Below are positions 1 through 9,800 of a stretch of 16,026 bases of DNA, piece by piece. The notes beneath the pieces are model-generated. The model did no database searches. It saw nothing but the letters and a program-made list of their open reading frames with translations, and was not told where the DNA came from. How positions within the stretch are numbered: position 1 is the first letter of the stretch; each line of letters opens with the position of its first letter. This stretch comes from an uncultured archaeon (lineage in GTDB: Archaea; Iainarchaeota; Iainarchaeia; Iainarchaeales; 0-14-0-20-30-16). The translations under genes and the position numbers were made by a program. The stretch is from assembly GCA_964480435.1 (NCBI GenBank), contig CAYZSS010000012.1, forward strand, positions 1 to 16,026, written 5' to 3'.

Positions 1-3000
1 GCTGGCATTATTCTATTGGAATATTCTTCCTTAGTCATTTGGATTGATCCCAAAGCATTTGTTTTCCATTCTAGTTTTGCTTCTAAGCTATCCAACCCAA
101 TTGGATTCCCGTTAATAGTACAGCCATTAGTTATTACTAAAGTTTGCTTATCTTGTTTTGATTCAGTAGATACTAATTTTATTTGTATTAAATCAGCAGC
201 TAAACAAGATCTTTCATCAACATTTCCACCAAGCCCTAAAAACACATGCATAGGAACTTTCATCTCCCATTTTCCGCCCATAGCACTAAGTTTTATTACT
301 AATACTGCGTCATATTCTTCATTGCTTTGTATTCCCATTCCTGTTTGTGTTAATGTTACAGGGACTTCAATAGCTTGCGCTAATGATTTGTCAAATTCTT
401 TTCCTTTGTAAGCTGTTTCTAAAAAACTGTTTATTTGACTTAATGAAATTCTTTCTGCAAAGTTTCCTTGCACAAATACATCATCAATAGTTACTGACAC
501 ATCACTTGTATTTGTCATTATAATTTTTTCTTTTGCAAGCCCAATTTTTGCATCCACTTTCATGTCAATATTATCTTTATCAATAGTAACAAACTCTGAA
601 CTTGTTTTGTAACTCATTTCAAAAGATTTGTACTTTGGTTTGTAAATTAAAACTTTCAAAGTTACGTTTGGTTTTTGGGCAGGCATATCAATTATTGCTT
701 TTCCTTCATCATCTGTTTTGCCCATAAATAAAACTAATTCGGAATTGTCTTTTACATAAATTTTTGCATCTTTTATCAATTCCCCTGTTTCCTTATCTTT
801 TACCAATGCATCCATTTTTATAGGAATGTAAGATGGCAATACAGTTGGTTTTATTTCAACAGTAAGTTCTTTATTTGCATTAACATTTATCAAGAATTCT
901 TTTTGGTAGTATTGTTGTTTATCTTGTATTACTGTAAACTTAATACTTCCGCTACCAATTTTTCTTGGCTCGAAGTTTATTTCTCCCATTACCATGTCAT
1001 GCTTTGATAATTCCATATATTGGTCTTCAGCATAAATAATATTGTAATTATTTTCTGTTTGCAGAACAACACTATTTAATTCTGGTTTAATATCTCCTGA
1101 AACACCTTTTATTTTTGAAGTCAAGAAGAAAGTATTCTCTTGCTCATTACTAATAATTACTCTATAATTTGATAATGGTTTTATGTTGTTATTTATTAAT
1201 TTAAATTGCAATTTGTAAGTCTTTCCAATATCAGCAGTGTATGGAGTATCAGGAACTAAATCTTGTATAATTTCTTCATCCAAATCTTCCACATTTATTT
1301 CAAAACAAAATAAATCATCACAAGTTTGCTGAGTTGTTCCAACTGTAAAAAATGCATCCCTACTTTTTGCATAAAGCGGGCTAATTAAATCGCTCCAATT
1401 TTGTTCCAGAGGGTCTGTAAGAACATCGCTTTCGTTTTTATTATTAACATACATCTTAAAGTTTATTGGCAAATCTTCTCCAAACCTAACAATATCTTTT
1501 ACTTTCAATTGTACATCCACAAAAAATATTCCGGATTGTACATTCATTTCGCTAAGGTCCCATTTCATTCCAATCCATTTGAAAGTATCTTCAAAAGGCA
1601 GACCTTGTTCTATTTCATTACCAGTTACATTTATTCCTTCTATGTCGTGATTATATCCTTCTTCTCCATCTTTTGGGCTGTAACTTCTTCCTTTACTTAA
1701 AGTAGCTAAGCCACTATAGGTTACTTTTTCAATATGCCAACCATCTTTTTCAACAACATCCTTATCACCAGCTACAAAGTAAGCACCCATTGTTTTAAAT
1801 GGGCTACCATCAGCTTTAACAGGGACAGTAATTTTGAATTTTGCAACATAGTCATTTCCCGCACTCAAAACTGATGCTTGAGTTCCTTCCAAATTAGTTA
1901 ATTCAATAAATTCTATTTTTGGGTCCTGACTTAATTTCTTTTTTTCTATTACTACTTCTCTTTCTGTAGTAGTATCAGGTACTATATATTCTGCTGTTGA
2001 AATATAATTTTCATATCCTTCTTTTTCAACTGTAAAGTATAATTTTTTATCAGCTCTAAATTCAACTCCTTTTTGACCTGCTGCATCAGCAATTGTTTCT
2101 CCCAAAGGTAGAATCTCGTTCCAGGATGCGTCAAAATATTTAATTATAGGGAAAGGAACATAATTTCCAAATGTGTCTTTTACTGAAACACTTATAATCC
2201 CTTTTGGAATATACATTGAAACTGTATAATCAAAATTCACTAAAGTATCTGTATTATCAAAATATGTTTTATCTGAAAATCCTGAATAATTTAATTTGTA
2301 AGCAAATAATTTGTATTGCCCATCCGGAATATAATCCTCAAATTCCGCTATTCCATTTACATCAGAAATTGCAGGAGTATATGGAGCAATATTTTCTACT
2401 TCATCTTTTGTTTCATATATCATTACTTTAGCATTTGCCACTGGCTTTCCAAAAGAATCCAATACTTTTGCTTTCATTAATTTATAATCTGATGTTGATT
2501 TTGATAAAGTAATTTCTAAAACATCAGGTGTTGGTGGCATAAATAAAGTATATGATGCTGTGTTATACCCAGCTTTCTTTGCAGTATAATAGTAAGCTTT
2601 TGTACTTGATGGAATAGTATAACTTGTTAATCCATTATCATCTGTTGGATCACCACAACCAATTTTGTTATATATGCCTACATTCTTATCATAAAAACAA
2701 ACATCTACATCCTTCAATACTTGTTTTGAAACATTAAAAGCTCTAATTATTATATTTGCTCCATTATCGTATTTAGTTAAATTCACATTTGCTTGTTTTG
2801 TATCTGTTTCTCCTAAAGAAATTATAGTAGTTCCTGCAGAGTATCCTTCTTTTGTTACTGTTATAGTGTAAAATCCAGGAGCTAAATTAGAAAATACTAA
2901 TTGGTTTGTTTCTTCACTATAAGTAGTCCCTACCGGACCAAGATACTGACCAATTGCTAAATCTCCAACCACAGTAGTTAGGGGCAAATTAGAGCTATCA

Positions 3001-3743
3001 TAAACATTAATTATTATTCTACTATCCCCTGAATTTTGCAAAGGAGATAATAAAATTGAAGTACCGTCATTTACTTGCTCATCATCATGTTGAGTGTAAA
3101 ATTCAGACATTGTGCTTACCAATAGATATCCACAATCCCCATCTACATCTACATCCACATCATTACTTGTATAATTATTAATATTATCGGGTGCTGCTGC
3201 TCCTGAATTTGAGCAGGAAAAATAAATATCTACTGCTTTTAATGGGCTGTTATCAGTAGTGTAAAGAGAGAATGAAAGTTTTTTCTTGCTTAAATTTAAA
3301 GAATCTATTAATACAGTATAAGTTAGAGTATCATCTTCAAGCTTAAGACTTTTTAGGTAGGGTGTTCCCGCATAAGTTAAAGTAAAAAGAATTTCTTCTC
3401 CAGGTTTTCCTTTAAACTGAATTGCACCAAGCTCATCAGTTATAATACTTGTATCTTCACCAGCTAGAAAAAATGTTACCAATGAATTAGGGATAGGGGT
3501 TCCAATTTTATCAGCAAATGTTACTGATACCATTTCACTTGTTTGCAATCCTAAGCTCATTATTATTGCATAAATTACTGCAATTATTAATACTCCGAAA
3601 ATAAGTAAAAATAACACAAATGATGGAATCACTTTATCGATTGGATCAATAACAGAATATATCGGTATTCCTTTAGAATCCAATTTATCCAAAAAATTAT
3701 AGTATTTTTCTTCTAGTTTATAGTAAAAATCTCTCAAACCCAT
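1..3743 (-). CDS. Giant signal-anchored surface protein, paralog B. Only the N-terminal ~1247 codons are in the window; the C-terminus runs off the left edge.
   Basis: The minus frame is open from ATG 3743-3741 to position 3. I translated it codon by codon at both ends and at ~2400-2477. No minus-strand ORF is listed for 1..3743, as expected for an ORF with no stop in the window. The start is preceded by AGGGTGA plus 5 nt. N-terminus: MGLRDFYYKLEEKYYNFLDKLDSKGIPIYSVIDPIDKVIPSFVLFLLIFGVLIIAVIYAII, a conserved motif plus TM helix that closely matches the N-terminus of the neighbouring giant. It contains beta-sandwich-type repeats (e.g. MKAKVLDSFGKPVANAKVMIYETKD). The left-edge segment VIKLSAMGGKWEMKVPMHVFLGLGGNVDERSCLAADL...ITNGCTINGNPIG...LEWKTNALGS aligns with residues ~1110-1210 of the neighbour. 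Confidence 0.8.
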   Translation of the reverse strand, partial: MGLRDFYYKLEEKYYNFLDKLDSKGIPIYSVIDPIDKVIPSFVLFLLIFGVLIIAVIYAIIMSLGLQTSEMVSVTFADKIGTPIPNSLVTFFLAGEDTSIITDELGAIQFKGKPGEEILFTLTYAGTPYLKSLKLEDDTLTYTVLIDSLNLSKKKLSFSLYTTDNSPLKAVDIYFSCSNSGAAAPDNINNYTSNDVDVDVDGDCGYLLVSTMSEFYTQHDDEQVNDGTSILLSPLQNSGDSRIIINVYDSSNLPLTTVVGDLAIGQYLGPVGTTYSEETNQLVFSNLAPGFYTITVTKEGYSAGTTIISLGETDTKQANVNLTKYDNGANIIIRAFNVSKQVLKDVDVCFYDKNVGIYNKIGCGDPTDDNGLTSYTIPSSTKAYYYTAKKAGYNTASYTLFMPPTPDVLEITLSKSTSDYKLMKAKVLDSFGKPVANAKVMIYETKDEVENIAPYTPAISDVNGIAEFEDYIPDGQYKLFAYKLNYSGFSDKTYFDNTDTLVNFDYTVSMYIPKGIISVSVKDTFGNYVPFPIIKYFDASWNEILPLGETIADAAGQKGVEFRADKKLYFTVEKEGYENYISTAEYIVPDTTTEREVVIEKKKLSQDPKIEFIELTNLEGTQASVLSAGNDYVAKFKITVPVKADGSPFKTMGAYFVAGDKDVVEKDGWHIEKVTYSGLATLSKGRSYSPKDGEEGYNHDIEGINVTGNEIEQGLPFEDTFKWIGMKWDLSEMNVQSGIFFVDVQLKVKDIVRFGEDLPINFKMYVNNKNESDVLTDPLEQNWSDLISPLYAKSRDAFFTVGTTQQTCDDLFCFEINVEDLDEEIIQDLVPDTPYTADIGKTYKLQFKLINNNIKPLSNYRVIISNEQENTFFLTSKIKGVSGDIKPELNSVVLQTENNYNIIYAEDQYMELSKHDMVMGEINFEPRKIGSGSIKFTVIQDKQQYYQKEFLINVNANKELTVEIKPTVLPSYIPIKMDALVKDKETGELIKDAKIYVKDNSELVLFMGKTDDEGKAIIDMPAQKPNVTLKVLIYKPKYKSFEMSYKTSSEFVTIDKDNIDMKVDAKIGLAKEKIIMTNTSDVSVTIDDVFVQGNFAERISLSQINSFLETAYKGKEFDKSLAQAIEVPVTLTQTGMGIQSNEEYDAVLVIKLSAMGGKWEMKVPMHVFLGLGGNVDERSCLAADLIQIKLVSTESKQDKQTLVITNGCTINGNPIGLDSLEAKLEWKTNALGSIQMTKEEYSNRIMP

Positions 3744-3755
3744 ATTATTCACCCT
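3739..3755 (-). repeat. Copy 1 of an exact 17-nt direct repeat (minus strand AGGGTGAATAATATGGG = SD + spacer + ATG + GG), at the start of paralog B
   Basis: The plus-strand string cccatattattcaccct occurs at 3739-3755 and again at 3804-3820. The flanking bases differ on both sides. Confidence 0.9.
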
Positions 3756-3766
3756 TATATTGGGGC

Positions 3767-3808
3767 CTATTTTGATTTCCCTTTTTCGGAAATCACAAAC
3801 TTGCCCAT
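3767..3808 (-). CDS. Candidate 13-codon mini-ORF (MGKFVISEKGKSK*) between the two giant genes
   Basis: ATG at 3808-3806 sits in copy 2 of the SD+ATG cassette. The stop is TAG at 3769-3767. A 7-bp stem-loop (gatttcc/ggaaatc, 3774-3794) lies inside it. Coding status is unproven. Confidence 0.2.
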   Translation of the reverse strand: MGKFVISEKGKSK

Positions 3809-3820
3809 ATTATTCACCCT
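3804..3820 (-). repeat. Copy 2 of the 17-nt SD+ATG cassette, at the start of the mini-ORF
   Basis: 17/17 identical to 3739-3755 and 65 nt away from it. Confidence 0.9.
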
Positions 3821-3854
3821 AATAAAAAATAAAAATACACGCTTATTTGCGTGT
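3821..3854 (-). terminator. Hairpin plus oligo-T terminator-like element downstream of the 2406-aa gene
   Basis: The minus strand reads ACACGC-AAATAA-GCGTGT (3854..3837), then ATTTTTATTTTTTATT (3836..3821). It lies 22 nt after the stop at 3877-3879. Oligo-T tracts are the known archaeal termination signal. Confidence 0.5.
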
Positions 3855-3876
3855 TACTAAAAACGTAATTGGAACT

Positions 3877-6800
3877 TTAGTTAGTTCCCATTGCCCAAGT
3901 ATCATTTGCCCAAATCTTTATTGAGCTTTCTGTACTTGATATACAGTATTTGCTTACGCTTCTGCTTGTATCTTTAAATGCATCCAATATTCCCACATAT
4001 CCTAAATCCAGATAAGCAGGCATAGCATTCTTAATTAAATCTCCTGAGTAATCCCCAGTACTAAGTTTGTATTTCAAGATATTTCTTGTTGCTGTGCTTA
4101 TACCTTCCCAAGATTTTTTAGTTGAGCTGTACATTACACTTGTAAACTCTCCTGATGCTTCTCCGCTTTTTACCATTATTGATGGAGTAACAATTGAGCC
4201 CTTAGGAACCCAGGATATTTCCAAGTTTCCAGTAGATTCTTGTATTGCTATCCCTTTAACTTTGGATAAATCGCTTGTAAGCAATGGAAGGTAGAATATA
4301 CCTTGATTGTTATAAACTTTATCTGCTGTTAATTCAAATACAGTCCCTCTAAATAATCTTGTTAAATCGTTTGTCACAACAGAGTATTTATTAGTAGTTG
4401 TAGTACCAGCAGTTAAAGCTTGTATTGTCATCTTCTCTCCTGTTGGAAGCCCAGTACCAATAAAGTTTATTGTTCTTCCTTTTTGTACAGGATATTCAAA
4501 AGGGAAATTATACAACTTCTCTGTTTTTTCTGTGCCTGCTATTAAAATTGGAACAAATACATAATTACCATCTGTTGCTTTTTCAATTTGAATATAATAT
4601 GTTCCTGCCTTAGATACTGATAAACCTGATTTTAGTTTTACAATTTTTCCAAGAGCAGAGTCTATTGTATATGTTGCAGGTACAGAACTTAATCCGCCAT
4701 AATATTCAGCACTATAGTTTCCAGGCATTAGGTTTGCTCTAAATTGTGCATTTCTCAGCATATCTGCAGTTAAATCACCTACTCCACTTCCGCCTGCTGC
4801 TTTTAATGCAACAATTAATCTTTCTATTTCCAAAGCAGTGAATGGGTCATTTGCATAGAACACCATTACAGTTTGACCTAAAGCAATTGCCTTTGCAAGC
4901 TCTTTTTTCTTAGAGTCCCAAGTTGTTGATAGAATATCTGTCATCTTTAGGTAACAGTTACTACCAACTTTCAACATATTAGGATTTGTTGCTGCTTGTT
5001 CAGTAGCAAAAGCACAATTTGCTGCCCCATCTAATCTTACATAGAACCTGTCTTTATCTGGGTGTTCTCCTGTTGCACAAGCACCTTCTGCACTAGAGAA
5101 ATAACAACTATTCATGCTATCTAATGCTGTTTTTGCTTTGCTTAAATCATAACTTCCGTTCTTCATTAATTCCATAGCAGTTTTCAATGCGCTTATTTCA
5201 GAGTCATATCCACCTAAATAGCCAATATATTCTAATAATCTATTTTCATTTAATTTTACTTGTGCAGTAGTCAATTTATTATTTTCAAGCTTTGCTTTTA
5301 TTGCCTCTGACAAAGTATTTTGTGATCCAAATAAAGTACCTAAGCCTCCGCTTTTTCTTACCAAAGCCACTGTGAATTGATATTGATCACAGAAATATCC
5401 GCTTCCGTTGTATGGGTCTTCTTTTGTGTCACAAAATCCTGAAACAAGGTCTTTTGTTTCCCAAGTATATTTTATATCAGGATATGCGCTGTTATCTAAA
5501 TAAATTCCTTTATTTCCATATAGAGAATTACATTCAGTTGTAGAACCTGCTGTTCCTGCTCCAGTCCCAGTCCCGTCTCCACCTTTTCCTTCTCCTTCTT
5601 TCTTAATTTGTTCATTAGTTTTTACGCTGCTGCTTTGTTCTACGTTGTCATCACCAAATACAGTTGCGTTAATAGTAAAGTTATATACTTTTGTTTTGTT
5701 GTACCCTTTCTTTACTACCTCTCCCTGGAATTCAACTTTAACAGGGTGTGATCCTTTTTTCAAAGCTTCAGGCTTAGTAAATGTTATTGTCAAAGTTTGA
5801 CCATTTGTTCCAGGTATCACTTTTACTTTAATTACAGCGTCATTGTCTACTTTTTGTTCGAACTCTAAATTTCCGTAATATCTTACTTCATCTAAAGAAC
5901 CAAAACAATTTACACTAATAGTTAATATTTCTACTTCTCCGGATTGTGGATAAACAAATACATTATTCACAAACATATCGTTCTTAATTGTTATAGGAAC
6001 ATTAATTGTAATTTGATTATCTCCTGTTGATAATGGAATATAACTTTTCCATTTATCAGGTCCACAAGTAGGGTCTCCTTCAAGATATCTTCCGGAAAGT
6101 TTACTTGCCAATCCTAGCCAATTAGCTTTATCCTGAACATATACCAAGATTGAAGTTGATTTTGGGTTATATGATAAATTATATTTAAATGTCAGTAGAG
6201 CTGGCATTTTTACAAGGGTCTGTGTTTGACCTGCAACTACTCTTAGAGCACTTAATTGATCAATATCTCCACTTACTGAATCTGGTGTTTCAGGTATTTC
6301 TTGTCCTGCTTTCAAAATATCTAAATTCTTAGTAAATAACACCATAAATTGTTCAGCCATTACTCCATCAATAGTATCTGCCTGAGGAGATTCAACAACT
6401 GTTGCTGTTGCATAATAAGTTCCTTGTGCTTGCCCTGTTATTTCATCAACAGCTTCTAAATTATGATATGCTACTGGCTCTGCTTTATCCATTGTTAAGC
6501 CTCTTGCATAACATTTATTCCACATTTTTACTTGTTTTATTGCTCCACTAGTAATTCCAGCACCAGTAAAGTCAATTGTTTTTCCACCTTCAAATACAAA
6601 ACAATCATTGCTGATTTCGTTAGCAAAATCTCTTACAATTACAGGGATTTGAGCTATTGTAGTCATTAAACCCCTGTTTACACCCGCAGAAACATAAACA
6701 GCATATTGACCCACCATTGATGTTGCAGTAATATTAAAGGATTGTGTTTGACCAGCATTCAAAGTAAATGATGGGTTATCCAACCATAATTGAGACATAG

Positions 6801-9800
6801 CCTGCAATGATATTTCTGCAGGGAATTCACAAGTATTTCTAATTTGTAATTGTGCTACTGATGGCAATGAACCATTATTATAATTCAACCCTAAAGTAGA
6901 TTGCCCACCTTGTGCAAGTAATAATTGTTGTTGTAATAATGTTGAATTAGTACCTTGAGTTTGCATTGCCAGATTAGGATTTAGAGCAAGCAAAGCTGAG
7001 TTTTGAGCAGCTACAGCCCCAGGAGTATTATTTAATCCTGAGCCAACCGCATTAAGATATCCTGAACTAGATATATTGCTATTATTATTATTTTGTAAAA
7101 GCCCACTACCTAAAACACTACTCATACCAGAACCAAGCCCAGTCATTCCCATTCCACCATATTGGTTTACTCCCAATGTTACAACAGGAACACCGTTAAC
7201 TTGCGTTCCGCTGCCTTGTGATGAAACCACTTGCAAACATTTAGTTAGTATAGATACTACTACTTGTGCTTGTGCTTCTGCTTGGATATCTTGCAATCCA
7301 CTATCAGTAGGGTTCACAGCTTTCAGTCTTAAAGTTACTCCTGATTTACCACTTACTAAGTCACCAAGAGAAATAAAATCAATCGATGTTTCTGTTAATC
7401 CAGATCCTAAACTATTAGCATATGTTCCATCTTCTGAATATATTGCTATTGATTTTTTACTTAGTTTCTTGGAATCAAGGAAAAAGTCTCCAAGAACAGT
7501 TCCTTTCCAAACAAGTTCAACTGTTGGATTATATAAATAAACATCGTTTCCGTTTACTGTACAAGAGTTATCTATTTCAAAAGACATGGATGTTTTTTCT
7601 TTATCTCCTGAAACTAAAATTTGCCATAATTCATCCTCTGTTTCAGTTATAGGAGTTAATCTTAAACAATCTGTAGAATCTAATCCACCAGCTAATTTAA
7701 TGTATACTTTTACTGGCAACTCCATTTTCCATTTGTAATCTAAACCAGCCACTGCTAATTCTATTATCATTTTTGATTCAAATTCTTTCGGCTCTAATAA
7801 ATTCTTTCCCTCAGTTAAAGAAACTTTGTATTCTAAATCCATACTACTTGTTTCTCCAGTTAGGAACATATTCACATAATTTTTCTTAAATTCAAACTTA
7901 ACAAAATCCTTGTATTCTCCTTCTGTTAAATAGATATTTGTAATTTTCAATTTCAAAGGAGTTAAATTAGTTACATTAAATGACCCTTCAACATAATCTT
8001 TTATGGATCTATCAATTGTAAAATTTAATTCAGGTACATCAGTTAACAAAATATTTTCTGAAACTATAACCTCTTTTTCTAGTTTCTTATATCCACTTGC
8101 CATTACCTGTAGCATTACTTTTGTTCCTAAACTTAAAGCAGGAACTTTGAATAATGCAAAACCTGAATAATCTGTCCTTAATGATGTCATTAATTTATCA
8201 TCAATATATACATTTACCAAAGCATCAACTATTGCCTCATTAGCATCTAAATCCATAACCTTTAAGCTCAAGTCATTTTCTAAGTATGGTACTATCATAC
8301 CTGGAACTAAATCAGCAAACAATTCTTCTGATTCAGATACATCTACAGTTAATGATCTTTCATAAACCAGAGTACCATCATCCCCAACTATGGAGATTTT
8401 TATTATATTCAGTCCTTCTTTCATTACTGAAAATTCTAAACTTGAAGTTAAACTAAAAGCAGAATTTACATTTATACCAAGGGCCTTTACTTGTCCAGCT
8501 GTGTTTCCTGCTGAAATGGCTTTTCCACCCAAAACCATATTTTTAACTTTAAAGTCAATTCCTTTGTTTGGGCTTTCTATAATCAAAGTTGCATTATTAT
8601 ATTCTTTTGGAGATATACTTAGCATAGATATATCTATATTATATATTCCATTTAATTTTGCAAAGAAAGTATCTACTATTTTTTGTTTTACTCCATCCCC
8701 AGTTACAACAATATCTGAACATATTGCTCCAGAGCAAACCTTATTTCCTAAACTAAGCGGTATTTTATTAGTTTTTGCGTATAATCCATCTTTATCAGCA
8801 CTACCACTAGTACCTAATTCTGAATCAAAAGGTTCTCTCAAATAAGTTGAGCCTTTCTTTAACCAAACTCTATAATTCAAAGATAATAAACTTTTTTCTG
8901 CAGTCACAGATCCAAAAGATACTTTTACTAAATAATTTCCAGGTGCTACTTTTGTTGTACTTGACATACCCCAAAGTCCCTCATTCGCTGACAAGTTTTG
9001 CATGTCATTTGCTGTGCCATTTGGAGGAGTATATGTTGTTCCTAATTTTGAAGTACCATTAAAAAATTCTACAGACTTAATATACATCTGGGACTTTTCC
9101 AAAATTAAAGCATCATCTGCTTTAAAGAAAACACCCATTTCATCATAAGCCAATCCTTCTGGAACCCTAAATATAAAATATCCGGTATATTCTTCCCCCA
9201 TTACTATTGGCTTAGGATTTGACTCAATTGAATTTCCTTGAGAGTCATAAACGGCAACTAAATCTAAACCTAAATTTGTTGCTTTATCATAGATATAAGC
9301 AGTTACTTCTTTTGTAGAATCTGCAATTGCTTGTATTGGAAGACTTACAAACACAGAGTCATCTTTTGTTACTTTAAGATAAACTACCTTGTCCGCTCTT
9401 AAAGTATAATATACAGACCCAGTTTCATCAGTATACAAAGCACTTGAATTCTCTTTTGCATCAGTAAAAACATTATATACATTCACTTCTGCTCCCTGAA
9501 CCGGAAGAAAATCTTTGTTTATTGTTTTTATCATTAAATCTCCACTACCAATATTTAATTTTACTGCAATTTTATTTTCTATTTTTCCACTTAAAATAAT
9601 TGGTTGAGAATCTGAAGAAAAACTTCCTTTTACTACTTTTACATAGTAGCTTTTTCCTGCACTTAAATTATTAAAACTTACTCCCCCCGCAAGGTCAGTA
9701 GTTTTTGTTGTTAATAAACTGTCTTTTTCAACATTGAATAATTGCACAGAAGCATTATACACAGGCTCATTATCTGTTCCTGAAACCATTACAGATAATT

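Noticed and set aside
16-2431. Plus-strand ORFs 16..411, 1401..1700 and 2204..2431
   Set aside because: They lie antisense within the long open minus-strand frame of paralog B. Their translations are low-complexity and hydrophobic (F/I/L/S-rich), typical of shadow ORFs, and they have no SD or TATA context.
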